This document shows, one piece after another, positions 51,228 through 62,667 of a DNA stretch of 64,000 bases. The position numbers were made by a program, and so were the translations under genes. The stretch is from Pocillopora damicornis. Lineage: Eukaryota. The stretch is taken from the NCBI RefSeq assembly GCF_003704095.1, contig NW_020843512.1:1-64000 (forward strand). The letters are read 5' to 3'. The notes beneath the pieces were generated by a model. That model saw only the letters and a list, made by a program, of their open reading frames with translations. It did no database searches and was not told where the DNA came from. Within the stretch, counting starts at the first letter, position 1. Each line of letters starts with the position of its first letter.

Positions 51228-51427
51228 ATTAATCATTGATGACGTCAAGATTCACATTTGGTTCCATTACTGACCAGACCCAAGGAAACATGGAGTCTAT
51301 TTGTTCTTTCATGATAGAGAAGCAAAAAATGTAAATGGCGACGTCATCTAGCCGTCTATCCTTCAATAGATTATGAGTAAGAATCCATCAAAATGTGTGC
51401 GTAATTCAGCCTATTATCATTCAGTGG

Positions 51428-51925
51428 ATAGAGATTACTCCATGGAAAGTACGCACGAACGATTTTTATTCACGAGTCGCGGTGCATAAAAAAAGAGTTT
51501 TTTGATGCATGGTAACGAGTGAATAAAAATCGTTCGGGCGCACTTTACATGATATAATGTTTTCATTTCACACATAATGAGATTTTTTCTTTCCGACCAA
51601 CACATTTCAAAGATTGGATGCCGTTTAATTGCAAGAGCAAATTTTATTATAAACACCGCCAAAATGACGTAATCTATGGTTCCTTCAAGGAAAGCAAAAC
51701 TTGGAACTTCTTCTTTCCTTTTGTTTTTACGGAAAGGCGAGCGCTTGTTGCCCTCCATTTTGAAGAATAATATCGTTCGAGTGACTGATTGCACGAACGA
51801 TGCATTTTCACCGTCGTTTGCTTTTCTGATTGGTTGGTTGTGTACCACGTGCGCAGGCTCTTTTTCCATGTGTAAATCTTGGTACGTATGAAATAGAAGG
51901 TTACCGGTCATAAAAATTACCAAGA
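51428..51925. repeat. Hairpin-type interspersed repeat (related fragments 53000-53135, 57590-57676)
   Basis: Shared ATAGAGATTA..CATGGAAA..CGATTTTTATTCACGAG and the inverted GTGAATAAAAATCG. Confidence 0.55.
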
Positions 51926-53271
51926 GATTGTAATCTCTTGAAATTACAAAATTTGGTAACACTGGGTTTTCCTTACTTGGCTGGCAATAGAATTTCAATG
52001 CTCGTGGATTCACTTTAGTATCGAATATTGGTGACGTTATTTCTATGATCAATGAGGTTATAGACAATGATTTGTTATCTTGATATGTAGTAACATGTAG
52101 AGATCAATCTTTAAATAACACCTTTTTAAACAAAATAATGGGTACGAATCATTTCAGGAAGGTACAGTCATATCGCAAGCTTAAGCCATTACAGGAAATA
52201 AAAGAGAATTTCAATAGAATTTGATTTTTCTACACGCAAGTTAACCTTGAGTTGAAAACTTAGCTCTGGAAAGGAAACTGAAGGAAATTAATTTTTGGTT
52301 TGGCTACCGCTTTGAGTGGCACGAATGCTAGACTTCGCTTGACAGTTGAAGACTGAAGGAAGCATATGAATTTCCAAATTACGCACGTCCTGTTAATCAC
52401 ATAAGCCGAATCTGGGCGATATCCGAATTACAAAATAACTTACACATGAAAATATTTCCGTATTGGGACTTCATCATTTGTTGAAATCCTCCAACAAACT
52501 TAAATCTGTTCTCTCAGAGAGAATCAGAGGTGTCTTCCTAAATATAAAATAGTCCATTCTATATTCTACATTGTCAATTCAATTAAAAAAAATAAAAATA
52601 AGTAAGTCGATGAACAAACATAAATAACACTCCCAGAGAATTTCCCTTCTATAACAGTGAAGTTAATTTTCATTTCTGACCCGTTAACCAAAAGAGGAAG
52701 ACTGATGAGTTATTAATAGCAGCAAGACTGTTTGTGTAATTGAAGTTACTTTTAGAAATACCCCACGCCCTTTCCTATCTGTGAATGCAAATAGCATCCA
52801 CTAATTTCCAATTTTAAATTCTATTCATAAATTCTGGACAGCGTGGGAGTAGTATTGTTTATTTCCCAATGTCCAGTTCAGTTTCCTTTGAACTGCACTG
52901 GATACGAAAACGCGAGAAAAAAACCCTTGGATGCCAAGGTGATCAGTTTTATTTACAAAGTTCCCTAAGCTTCACAATTTGACTTGTTCGGTAATATGTT
53001 ATACGTATCAGAAAACTCACTTTGTGTAGTATCAGAAAACTCACTCGTTCGCTGCGCTCACTCGTTCGTTTTCTGATACTACACAACTCGTGAATAAAAA
53101 TCGTACGCGCGCATTTTCCATGAAGTTATCTCTATAAGTATGATCACTGAGATCATCGATAACACTTAATACTCTGTATCCCACTACAAAGAATCAAGCC
53201 AGAGACCCTCGGATTTTCCGGTCCGATGCTCTACCAATCAGAACTAAACGGTAAATTACGAAAATGAGCAG

Positions 53272-54146
53272 GATTTCTTGACTTGAATCAGTGCTTTATG
53301 TAATAGATAAATTATGATTTGAGAAGAGGGGGTAGGTTTTTAAAGCAACTGTTGGTTCCGTAAAGAGTTTTAAAGCTGACCGCGTTCCGATCGTTAGCCC
53401 TTCGTCAGAGCGAATTATGTTACATTTGTTCTACATTCTCTCACTGAAATATTGTCTTATACGATTTTTGTCTGGATTTGAACGAGTCAAAGTCGAAATA
53501 TGTCCAGTGTTAACGATGACATATTTGTCCATACTTGACGCAAGAGTAAATGCATAATCGCCCTGACTATTCTCAAGACAAATGCATCAGTTATTTGCCT
53601 TCTAAGCAAATATTCACAATGTTTAACAAAACAAATTTCATGTCAGAATCACATTTGTAAAATAGTTATTTTTATCCAAATTTATCTTTTCACCTAGTGT
53701 AATTATTTGCAATTCCAGGATCACGAGCTCCGTTTTCTCTATCCTCTTAGTGATAACAGACAGCCCTGAAACGGCTTTGTTGTCTCGGTGAGACTGCAGT
53801 TTTGATGCTAAGTGAATCTGATCAATTGCCAAAGAACCCTCTCAGCTTTCTGTTTGCAATGGGAGCATTTCTTCGTGTTTTTAATGACCTGTCTGATTAG
53901 GAAGGATTCCGTGACTTCAAAGAGACATCTTCCGCTTCTTTTGTGATACTGGTCAAATAGAGTAAATATGAAGAATACAAGAACCCCGTGCTCGATAGTA
54001 CATAAGGAAGTACATTGTAGAGCCATTTTTTATTTCATCTATTTCTGTCTTGAGATTTCGTCCATCACTGTGTGGAGATTAAATCAATAGCTATGTTGGA
54101 GATAACATTGAGAATACGCTGCCGTCCATGTCGGTCTTGGACATGA
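53272..54146. repeat. About 870-bp segment inverted-duplicated at 61257-62133
   Basis: Near-identical reverse complement; duplicated short ORFs 53808-54026 and 61377-61595. Confidence 0.9.
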
Positions 54147-54746
54147 NNNNNNNNNNNNNNNNNNNNNNNNNNNNNNNNNNNNNNNNNNNNNNNNNNNNNN
54201 NNNNNNNNNNNNNNNNNNNNNNNNNNNNNNNNNNNNNNNNNNNNNNAGAAATTGCAAATTTGGTTTTTGATTCTCTATGAAATTGCTAATATACTCGATC
54301 TGTTACCTTAAATGGCCATGCCTGTCGTGTGATTCTGGACTGCATCAGCAAGGAAGTTAAATGAAAATGTCAGGTGTTGTTCAGCCACATTAATTTTCCC
54401 TGAATGAAATAGTTAGTCCCTCTAAAACAGTTATCACTAAGGCTTTAAGGGTTATTACAACCACATCACTAAAAATTCAGATGCCGGACCACGTCGACAT
54501 TGGCTTAAACATGTCACTTAAAATACCTATTTCGTATTATGGAGTGAAGCCAGTAAACCTGATTGAAGGGACGCTCATTTACTCTACCGTCATTGAATAA
54601 TTTCTTCCTCCGTTCCCTTGTTTTTAAACTATATAATTCATAGCACTCTAATTTTCTATAGAATGAACAGCTTCCTTAAGCTCTAGCGTGATGGAAAGTC
54701 ATTGTGTGTGTGATTGGAAACACATTACGGGCGACGAGGCCTGTCA

Positions 54747-55706
54747 TCATGATGAGAGTTTGCCACTAGACAGGCATTTCGCCTCCCAAATTTCATTCAA
54801 AGCCTTTTGTAATACATGTACACAATGTTCTTCAAGTTCTGCCATGCAAGGATCATCTAACGCTTGAAAAATTAAAGAAAGGATTGCAAACAACTTTCTA
54901 GTACAATTTACACGGTGGGATGGCTTACGTGCGATTTCACAGGCGTTCTCAAACTTCCTCGCCTTGAAATGTTCGTAAAGACTGCTTCGGACATTGGGTT
55001 TGTTGTTGTTGGAACCTTCCAACAAGCTTGATTCAAATCCCATTATTCCACACTCGCCACCATTCGCACAGTATTGCATTTGGGGGTGAGATGAGCTATT
55101 GGTGGCTTTCAGGGGAGCTCTGATCATAACTTGTGAATCATGCGACAGCGCAATAAAAGCAGACCGGCTGGGCTCAGTTTGTTCAGTCGCCAATGGCTGA
55201 CTTACGGAAAACAGTTGGCGATTGTAGGTTTCAATGCTTTTCACCAAACCAGAGGATCTTTGGACAGAGGGAGATCGAGGAATTGCATCACCCAACCAAT
55301 GAATTGCACCAAGAGGTTTTGCCTGTGATTGGTCTCCAACCAAATGCTTCTCGTAGCCTAAACGACATGATTGTAATGCAGGCATGGGTTGGTCTTGTCG
55401 ATGATTCCAATCATCCTGTATCGCATTCGCATGGGTGTCCTGAAATAAAGTAATGTTGTCGATACTTCCATCTGCAGGCTGCTCCAACACTCCAAGACTT
55501 TGAAGGTCCTGCCACCATAGTTCCATATTGTCCTCTGTGTCCGAAGCACTGTGAGACCTACGTTTGCGGTTAGCTACTCTGTGGTCTGTATCTGTTTTCA
55601 TTTTCCCAACTTTGGAGTTGATGCACATAGGAAGAGGACAGTCCCTTTCTGAACATGGAAGACCGGCTGGATGACTGAGATCTTCTTGCATGGATTTTGC
55701 AGCCAT
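54747..55706 (-). CDS. TAZ-zinc-site + NCBD-like family protein, copy 5 (319 aa)
   Basis: HPAGLPCSERDCPLPMCINSK, RKRR, ELWWQDLQSLGVLE and ILSLIFQALDDPCMAELEEHCVHVLQKALNEI. Acceptor TTCTTTTCTTCTCGCCAG lies shortly before the ATG. Confidence 0.85.
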   Translation of the reverse strand: MAAKSMQEDLSHPAGLPCSERDCPLPMCINSKVGKMKTDTDHRVANRKRRSHSASDTEDNMELWWQDLQSLGVLEQPADGSIDNITLFQDTHANAIQDDWNHRQDQPMPALQSCRLGYEKHLVGDQSQAKPLGAIHWLGDAIPRSPSVQRSSGLVKSIETYNRQLFSVSQPLATEQTEPSRSAFIALSHDSQVMIRAPLKATNSSSHPQMQYCANGGECGIMGFESSLLEGSNNNKPNVRSSLYEHFKARKFENACEIARKPSHRVNCTRKLFAILSLIFQALDDPCMAELEEHCVHVLQKALNEIWEAKCLSSGKLSS

Positions 55707-58246
55707 AATTTCAGGAGAAACTCGCTGGCGAGAAGAAAAGAAGTTATTTCGACTTGTTAGTTGTTTCGAGACGTTACCTTACGATAATTACACCACTTGT
55801 TTACCTTTGGTATATGAATTTTAATTAGAACACTCTGTTTGACTGATTGACTCTTCTTCTCAAGGTGAAACTGCTTTAGTGTTAGGGTTCTGAATTCTTC
55901 GAGACGGAAAATAACACCAAAGATGTATTAATCACTAGTTTTGAAAACTGAATCTTATGATGTTTACTAGAGGCTTGCTGAAGTTCCCGATAAGATTGTG
56001 AAGGAAACATAAAATCACCACCAATTCTCAAAGCCATGTGACCCAAGCCAATTCTAGAATCCCTTCCGCTAAGCTTAACTTCAAGTTCAACTACATCACG
56101 CAGTTATATGAAACACTAACGAGAAATGGTCATATTCTGCCCATTCAGGAACACATGGTGAACTCAGGCGACAAATTTGCGACATAATCACTGTCGTGGA
56201 CTGTGTGTACTAAAATGGGCTGAAGTATCTCTATATGCGTGTCCAAAATATCAGAGAGAAACAAATCTAACGTAACACAGGTTATCTTAGGTAACTTAAC
56301 CCCTGACATTACGAGTTGCCGGTTCTTTGTGATACAACTCTCTCGGCTTCATAGCTTGTGCATGTCTGTTTCCCGTAAGGGAGGCGACGCCTGATAAAAA
56401 GTCAAGCCATATTGTATTTCAGAATCGCAAAATCATGGACAGCAAAGTGATTTAAAAATACTTAAGAAAGATGCCTCAGAATGTAGCTTGTACTCCACAA
56501 AAGAACTGCTCATCGTTTTGAAGTGCTATCTCTATGATTATGACGAGAGAAAGAGTAAAACGAATGACCAGTTTAGACCGTCTCCTGTGGAAAATTTGAT
56601 TTGACGTCATCCTAATTTGCAGGCAGCTTAAACATAAGTTAATATAAAATAGGCTCGATAGATTCATTGTACTGTATTAAGGACAACCTTACCATACACC
56701 TACCTCACAGTTCTCAACAGCAGTGACTCTGTTTCTTATCCTTGCTAATTTGGCAAAGGAGTTAAAAAGTGCAAAAGAGTCGAAAATGTTCCGTTCTTAT
56801 ATATTGCAGCCTGAGTAGTGTGAGGGGGCGTGAGGAAGTATCAATTTGTACTTGATTTTAAGCCGATATAAATCCCTTTAATTTTCCCTGGAGATGATTT
56901 TGGGTTAGCTTAACACTTCCATAGTTAAACAAAAACATTTGTAAGAGGCGTAGGTGGAGTAAAGTGATGTGTCATGGCTCTCAATTCTCGTCAATCAATC
57001 CCTGTTTGTTTTGGATTCACATTTCGGAATATTTAGCGTTGTAAATCGACCATATTTCAAACTATTCCTTGAAGTGTATTAAGTAAATGGTTCCTCGCGT
57101 AACGCTTCCATGGATAATGCGGGTCCAATAATTAATCCTTCGTCTTTCTCGAGACGTGAGCTTGGGAAAACTATGTTCAAACTCCCTAATTGCAAGCGCA
57201 ACGACAACCTCAGATTCTCTGTATCGCTCGTGCTGGAATTAAACAAAATCCTGGTTAAAAGGAGAGAAAGGAAAGAAATTATGTCCCTGCACGCGATGGA
57301 ATTCTGCATGATGTTTGTTTTTATACACTTCTACTAATGGAAAGTTGTAAAACCGACTCACCCCTTGACCTCTCAGGGCCGATTAGCACTCTACTTTCTC
57401 CATAAAGTATCACCCTGATTCAAACATTGAGGCAACGACAATCGAGAAGATGATCAGTAACTACTGAAGTTCTTGATTGCCAAATAATTATCCATGTCAG
57501 GACTATAGGAATGTAAAGAGAACGGCATGGAGAATATGTTTTCTAATGCGAGGGTGCAAAGAGTTATCGAAGATCTCAGTGATCATACTTATAGAGATTA
57601 TTTCATGGAAAATGCGCGCGTACGATTTTTATTCACGAGTTGTGTAGTATCAGAAAACGAACGAGTGAGCGCAGCACGGATCGAGTATATTAGCAATTTC
57701 ATAGAGAATCAAAAACCAAATTTGCAATTTCTTTTCACTACAAACGAAGATTCGAATTCCAATTTTCATTAAGTGAGGAAAAGTGAAAACGTAGATGGAT
57801 CTCGGATGTATGAAAAAACGAAATTCAAAGTACAGGACGCGGAAAGTTTAAAGAATTTTGAGGTGGTCTTCCATCCGGTTAAAATAGAAACAGTGAGTTT
57901 TTTGGGGGGATCCGTGCATGGCTTCTCTTCTTGATATTTTTAAAATGCTTTTCTGTGTTTAGCGACAGAAAAAGCCGTTCCATATCTTAAGTTCCGTTTT
58001 CTGTTGAATCAATTTCAATGTGGAATCGATTTCACGTGAAGGACACGGCTTAATTTAGGCCCATTTACATGACCCAATTAATATACTGAAGAAAAACGCT
58101 AAATCATACGAAATTTATAAAGACATAGTTGTCTTTACCTCTTAAGTGAGACGAAAGACAAAAAAAAAATTAACTTCCTGCAGTAAAGGTCGAGTCAATT
58201 GCTATCATACTGCAGTTTCGCTGATAGCAGTTTTACTAAGAACTCA

Positions 58247-60880
58247 GTCACGTATTACCGGCTTTCGGAATTTGGGCGAATCTGCAAATGAAAAAGAACC
58301 TGTGCCCGAGGTGTGATTTGATTTTTGTTTTCTTGTTTCAACAATGTTGATTTGCTGTCGCTGATCCTGTTTGTCAACGTAGCCGTTAAGAAAGAATAGA
58401 CCTATTAGTTATCCTTTCAGGAAGTGGTTATTTGAACTGTCACCATTTAGACCCAACTGTCGAGATTTTTCTAGATAGGTGCTTTCTGCTCTCTACAGTA
58501 TGTGGTCAGAGAGCGAAAGGCACGGCAAATTTGTTTATTAGTGCAGTCTAGCAAGGTCGGGGAGGTTTCAATGGAAATTGCTAATATGCTTAATATCAAA
58601 CTAAGAAGGCAGAATTTTTCGCTTCAACACTTTCAACACAACAGTTTTGAACAAGTCATGCCGAAAGTACAAAATAAAACAAGAAAGGAAGTTTTCTTTT
58701 GGCAAGTACTTCCTCCAGAGAACCAACGCCCGCTCTGATTTCGCTGTGAATAGCGAATAAGCTTTTCGCAAATTTGTGACAACGTAATTTAATGTTTAGG
58801 TAGAATTAGAGAGATGGAAAGCTTTTAGTTCGGCCGTAGGATAATGAAAGGTGTTGAACAATGGTCTCGTCCTTGAAGACACCTATCTCTTCCTGTCCAA
58901 AGCGTGTGGTTCAACAGGCGAAGGGACACACAACTTAAAAAAACAATGCAGAATGCGAAACGTTTAGTAAAAGAAAGTGGCTGTAATCGCACTTCACAAA
59001 ATTTTACCCTTTCTATAATTCCGTGATTTTCGTTACAGTAAATTTCGTGGTCGTTCGTTGAAAAAAGAGAAATGTGGAACACATGCAACACGCGTGGCTG
59101 TAAGCATGAATTTGAGTCACCTGTTAGGTATCTAATCTCAGACCTTCTAAATCTTTCCTTTCATTTTGAAATCAATAAAATAGTTCTAATGTGTTGTAAT
59201 CTTTNNNNNNNNNNNNNNNNNNNNNNNNNNNNNNNNNNNNNNNNNNNNNNNNNNNNNNNNNNNNNNNNNNNNNNNNNNNNNNNNNNNNNNNNNNNNNNNN
59301 NNNNTTGTTCAACACCTTTCATTATCCTACGGCCGAACTAAAAGCTTTCCATCTCTCTCATTCTACCTAAACATTAAATTACGTTGTCACAAATTTTGTG
59401 AAAAGCTTATTCGCTATTCACAGCGAAATCAGAGCGGGCGTTGGTTCTCTGGAGAAAGTACTCGACAAAAGAAAACTTCCTTTATTGTTTTATTTTGTAC
59501 TTTCGGCATGGTTTGTTCAAAACTGTTGTGTTGAAAGTGCTGAAGCGAAAAACTCTGCCTTCTATCTTAGTCACACGAGTTTTAGTGAAGCTACCAGCCC
59601 ACCTTCCTCAAAATCAAACACGCGGCGCAAACCACGTTGAAGGCACAAGAGTAGAGGAGTTACTTAATATTTTTTCCTGACATGCTTTGGAATGAAAAAA
59701 CCAAAATCAACAATCAAGAGAGCCCTTTCTAGCTTTTTGCTTCGCTTGACAGTCATAAATGAGCAGCATAACGAACACTGGTTTCAAGTTAAAATTTAGA
59801 ATGTTACTAAATTCAAAATGCACAGAATCCATGCAAGGATATAAGACTGCTCCGGAACTAGGACTCGTGGCCTTCTTCTCTGATATTAAGCATATTAGCA
59901 ATTTCCATTGAAACCTCCCCGACCTTGCTAGACTGCACTAATAAACAAATTTGCCGTGCCTTTCGCCTGGAAGAATTTTAGGCTATGTAAAGAGACCCGC
60001 AGACTCCGTACGGATATTGCGAAGAGACAATACGTAAAAGTTGAGAAGAGAAAAGAGAAGAGACCACATTCGAGTTTAGAGGTGAGATCAATGTCTTTAT
60101 TAAAAAAAAACAAAAGCACCTATCTAGAAAAATCTCGACAGTTGGGTCTAAATGGTGACAGTTCAAATAACCACTTCCTGAAAGGATAACTAATAGGTCT
60201 ATTCTTTCTTAACGGCTACGTTGAGAAACAGGATCAGCGACAGCAAATCAACATTGTTGAAACAAGAAAACCAAAAATCAATTCACACGTCGGGCACGGG
60301 TTCTTTTTCATTTGCAGATTCGCCCAAATTCCGAAAGCCGGTAATACGTGACNNNNNNNNNNNNNNNNNNNNNNNNNNNNNNNNNNNNNNNNNNNNNNNN
60401 NNNNNNNNNNNNNNNNNNNNNNNNNNNNNNNNNNNNNNNNNNNNNNNNNNNNGTGTGTGATCAAAAAGGCGAAGGGACACACAACTTAAAAAAACAATGC
60501 GGAATGCGAAACGTTTAGTAAAAGAAAGTGGCTGTAATCGTACGTCACAAAATTTTACCCTTTCTATAATTCCGTGATTTTCGTTATAGTAAAACCAGTG
60601 TTCGTTATGCTGTTCATCTATGGCTGTCAAGCGAAGCAAAAAGCTAGAAAGGGCTCTCTTGATTGTTGGTTTTGGTTTTTTCATTTCAAAGCATGCCAAG
60701 AAAAAATATTAAGTAACTCTTCTACTCTTCTGCCAAAATAAAACAACAAAGGAAGTTTTCTTTTGTCAAGTACTTCCTCCAGAGAACCAACTTCCGCTCT
60801 GATTTCGCTGCGAATAGAAATCTAGATCTTTCCTTTCATTTTGAAATCAATAAAATAGTTCTAATGTGTTGTAATCTTTA
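58247..60880. repeat. Shuffled inverted and direct duplications around two gaps
   Basis: 58247-58490 vs 60115-60352 (inverted), 58600-58865 vs 59305-59570 (inverted), 58905-59040 vs 60455-60590 (direct). Confidence 0.8.
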
Positions 60881-62667
60881 AACATACACAATGAATAACA
60901 CATTTCGTTCAAAAACAATGGTCAAAAACAATGGTCAAAAACAATTTCAGAGGTGTTGACGGGCCTGTAGGATGATCGTTAATGGACAGATGAGGATCTT
61001 CGTATCTTAACTGTGACATAATTTTAATTGATTATTTCTCTCCATAGGACGTCCCTTTGTGATGAGAAGGGGGCTGGGACCATTTGCCTTCTTGAGTAGC
61101 AAAGAAACAAACCCACAACAAGGGGAAAATAACTCGATAGGCACCTCTTGGCTCACTCGTCACAATTTACTGGTACACGGGACCTACCTTGATGGACTAA
61201 CTTCTGAAGTCAAGGACTAAAAACTGAGCTTGATTCCAACAGAACCCTTTTCTAGTTCATGTCCAAGACCGACATGGACGGCAGCGTATTCTCAATGTTA
61301 TCTCCAACATTGCTATTGTTTTAATCTCCACACAGTGATGGACGAAATCTCAAGACAGGAATAGATGAAATAAAAAATGGCTCTACAATGTACTTCCTTA
61401 TGTACTATCGAGCACTGGGTTCTTGTATTCTTCATATTTACTCTATTTGACCAGTATCACAAAAGAAGCGGAAGATGTCTCTTTGAAGTCACGGAATCCT
61501 TCCTAATCAGACAGGTCATTAAAAACACGAAGAAATGCTCCCATTGCAAACAGAAAGCTGAGAGAGTTCTTTGGCAATTGATCAGATTCACTTAGCATCA
61601 AAACTGCAGTCTCACCGAGACAACAAAACCGTTTCAAGGCTGTCTGTTATCACTAAGAGGATAGAGAAAACGGAGCTCGTGATCCTGGAACTGCAAATAA
61701 TTACTCTAGGTGAAAAGATGAATTTGGATAAAAAAAAAAAAAACTATTTTACAAATGTGATTCTGACATGACATTTTTTTTGTTAAACATTGTAAATATT
61801 TGCTTAGAAGACAAATAACTTATGCGTTTGTCGTGAGAATAGTCAGGGTGATTATGCATTTACTCTTGCGCCAAGTATGGACAAATATTTCATCGTTAAC
61901 ACTGGACATATTTCGACTTTGACTCGTTCAAATCCAGACAAAAATCGTTTAAGACAATATTTCTGTGAGAGAATGTAGAACAAATGTAACATAATTCGCT
62001 CTAACGAAGGGCTAAAGATCGGAACGCGGTCAGCTTTAAAAACTCTTTACGGAACCAACAGTTGCTTTAACTTCCCCCTTTACTCAAATCATAATTTATC
62101 CTTTACATAAAGCACTGATTCAAATCAAGAAATTCTTTTTAGGCAGGGTGGCCCGTTCAGCTATAGGCTAGTAACAATCAGGGCTCTGCGTGATTTGAAG
62201 ATTCGCTTTAAATAAACATATTTGCTTTTGCTGTAGATCATGTACGACTTTTCATGCCATTTTTTGTTGAAGTGAATACTCCATGGTAGTTGACATAATG
62301 ATAACTCATATTATCTTGACCGAAAATCTTGATATTTCCCTGAAAACGTTGCGTGTCAGCAGCGCTGGTACGTGATCAGTAAGTGTTTTTTGTGTCTAGT
62401 GCGTTAGCACGCAGACACAATGGAAGAGCGTACGGAATTCGAAAAGCACTTTATATACGCCACATTTGAGCACGAAATATGATGTTTTACTCATAGTTTA
62501 CCTTACGTGACATATAACATGAAGCGTACACTGATTTTCAACCAGTGGAATGTGTAACCATGTCGATATTTTATCGTTATAATTTCGGAAACTGTCGGTT
62601 GACCAATTGAATTCAAGTAGAAAACCGCAAGGAAGAGTCCGGAGCAATTGAATTCGGGGACGAAAAT

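Larger units (their letters stand above)
45787..51266. repeat. Right arm of about 5.5-kb inverted duplication
   Basis: Starts at the gap edge; reverse complement of 39571-45120. Confidence 0.9.

Noticed and set aside
51435-52067. 210-aa ORF
   Set aside because: Overlaps a hairpin repeat family, has a non-ATG start and no domain.
53380-53415. Additional hammerhead-like motifs (also about 835-865 and 61993-62035)
   Set aside because: GAAA or CUGANGA cores are mutated; inactive relics.
53808-54026. Duplicated 72-aa ORF (also 61377-61595) with RQVIKNTKKC..V..QLI faintly like TAZ2
   Set aside because: Most zinc ligands are missing and a stop follows. The similarity is within chance by eye; a profile search would be needed.
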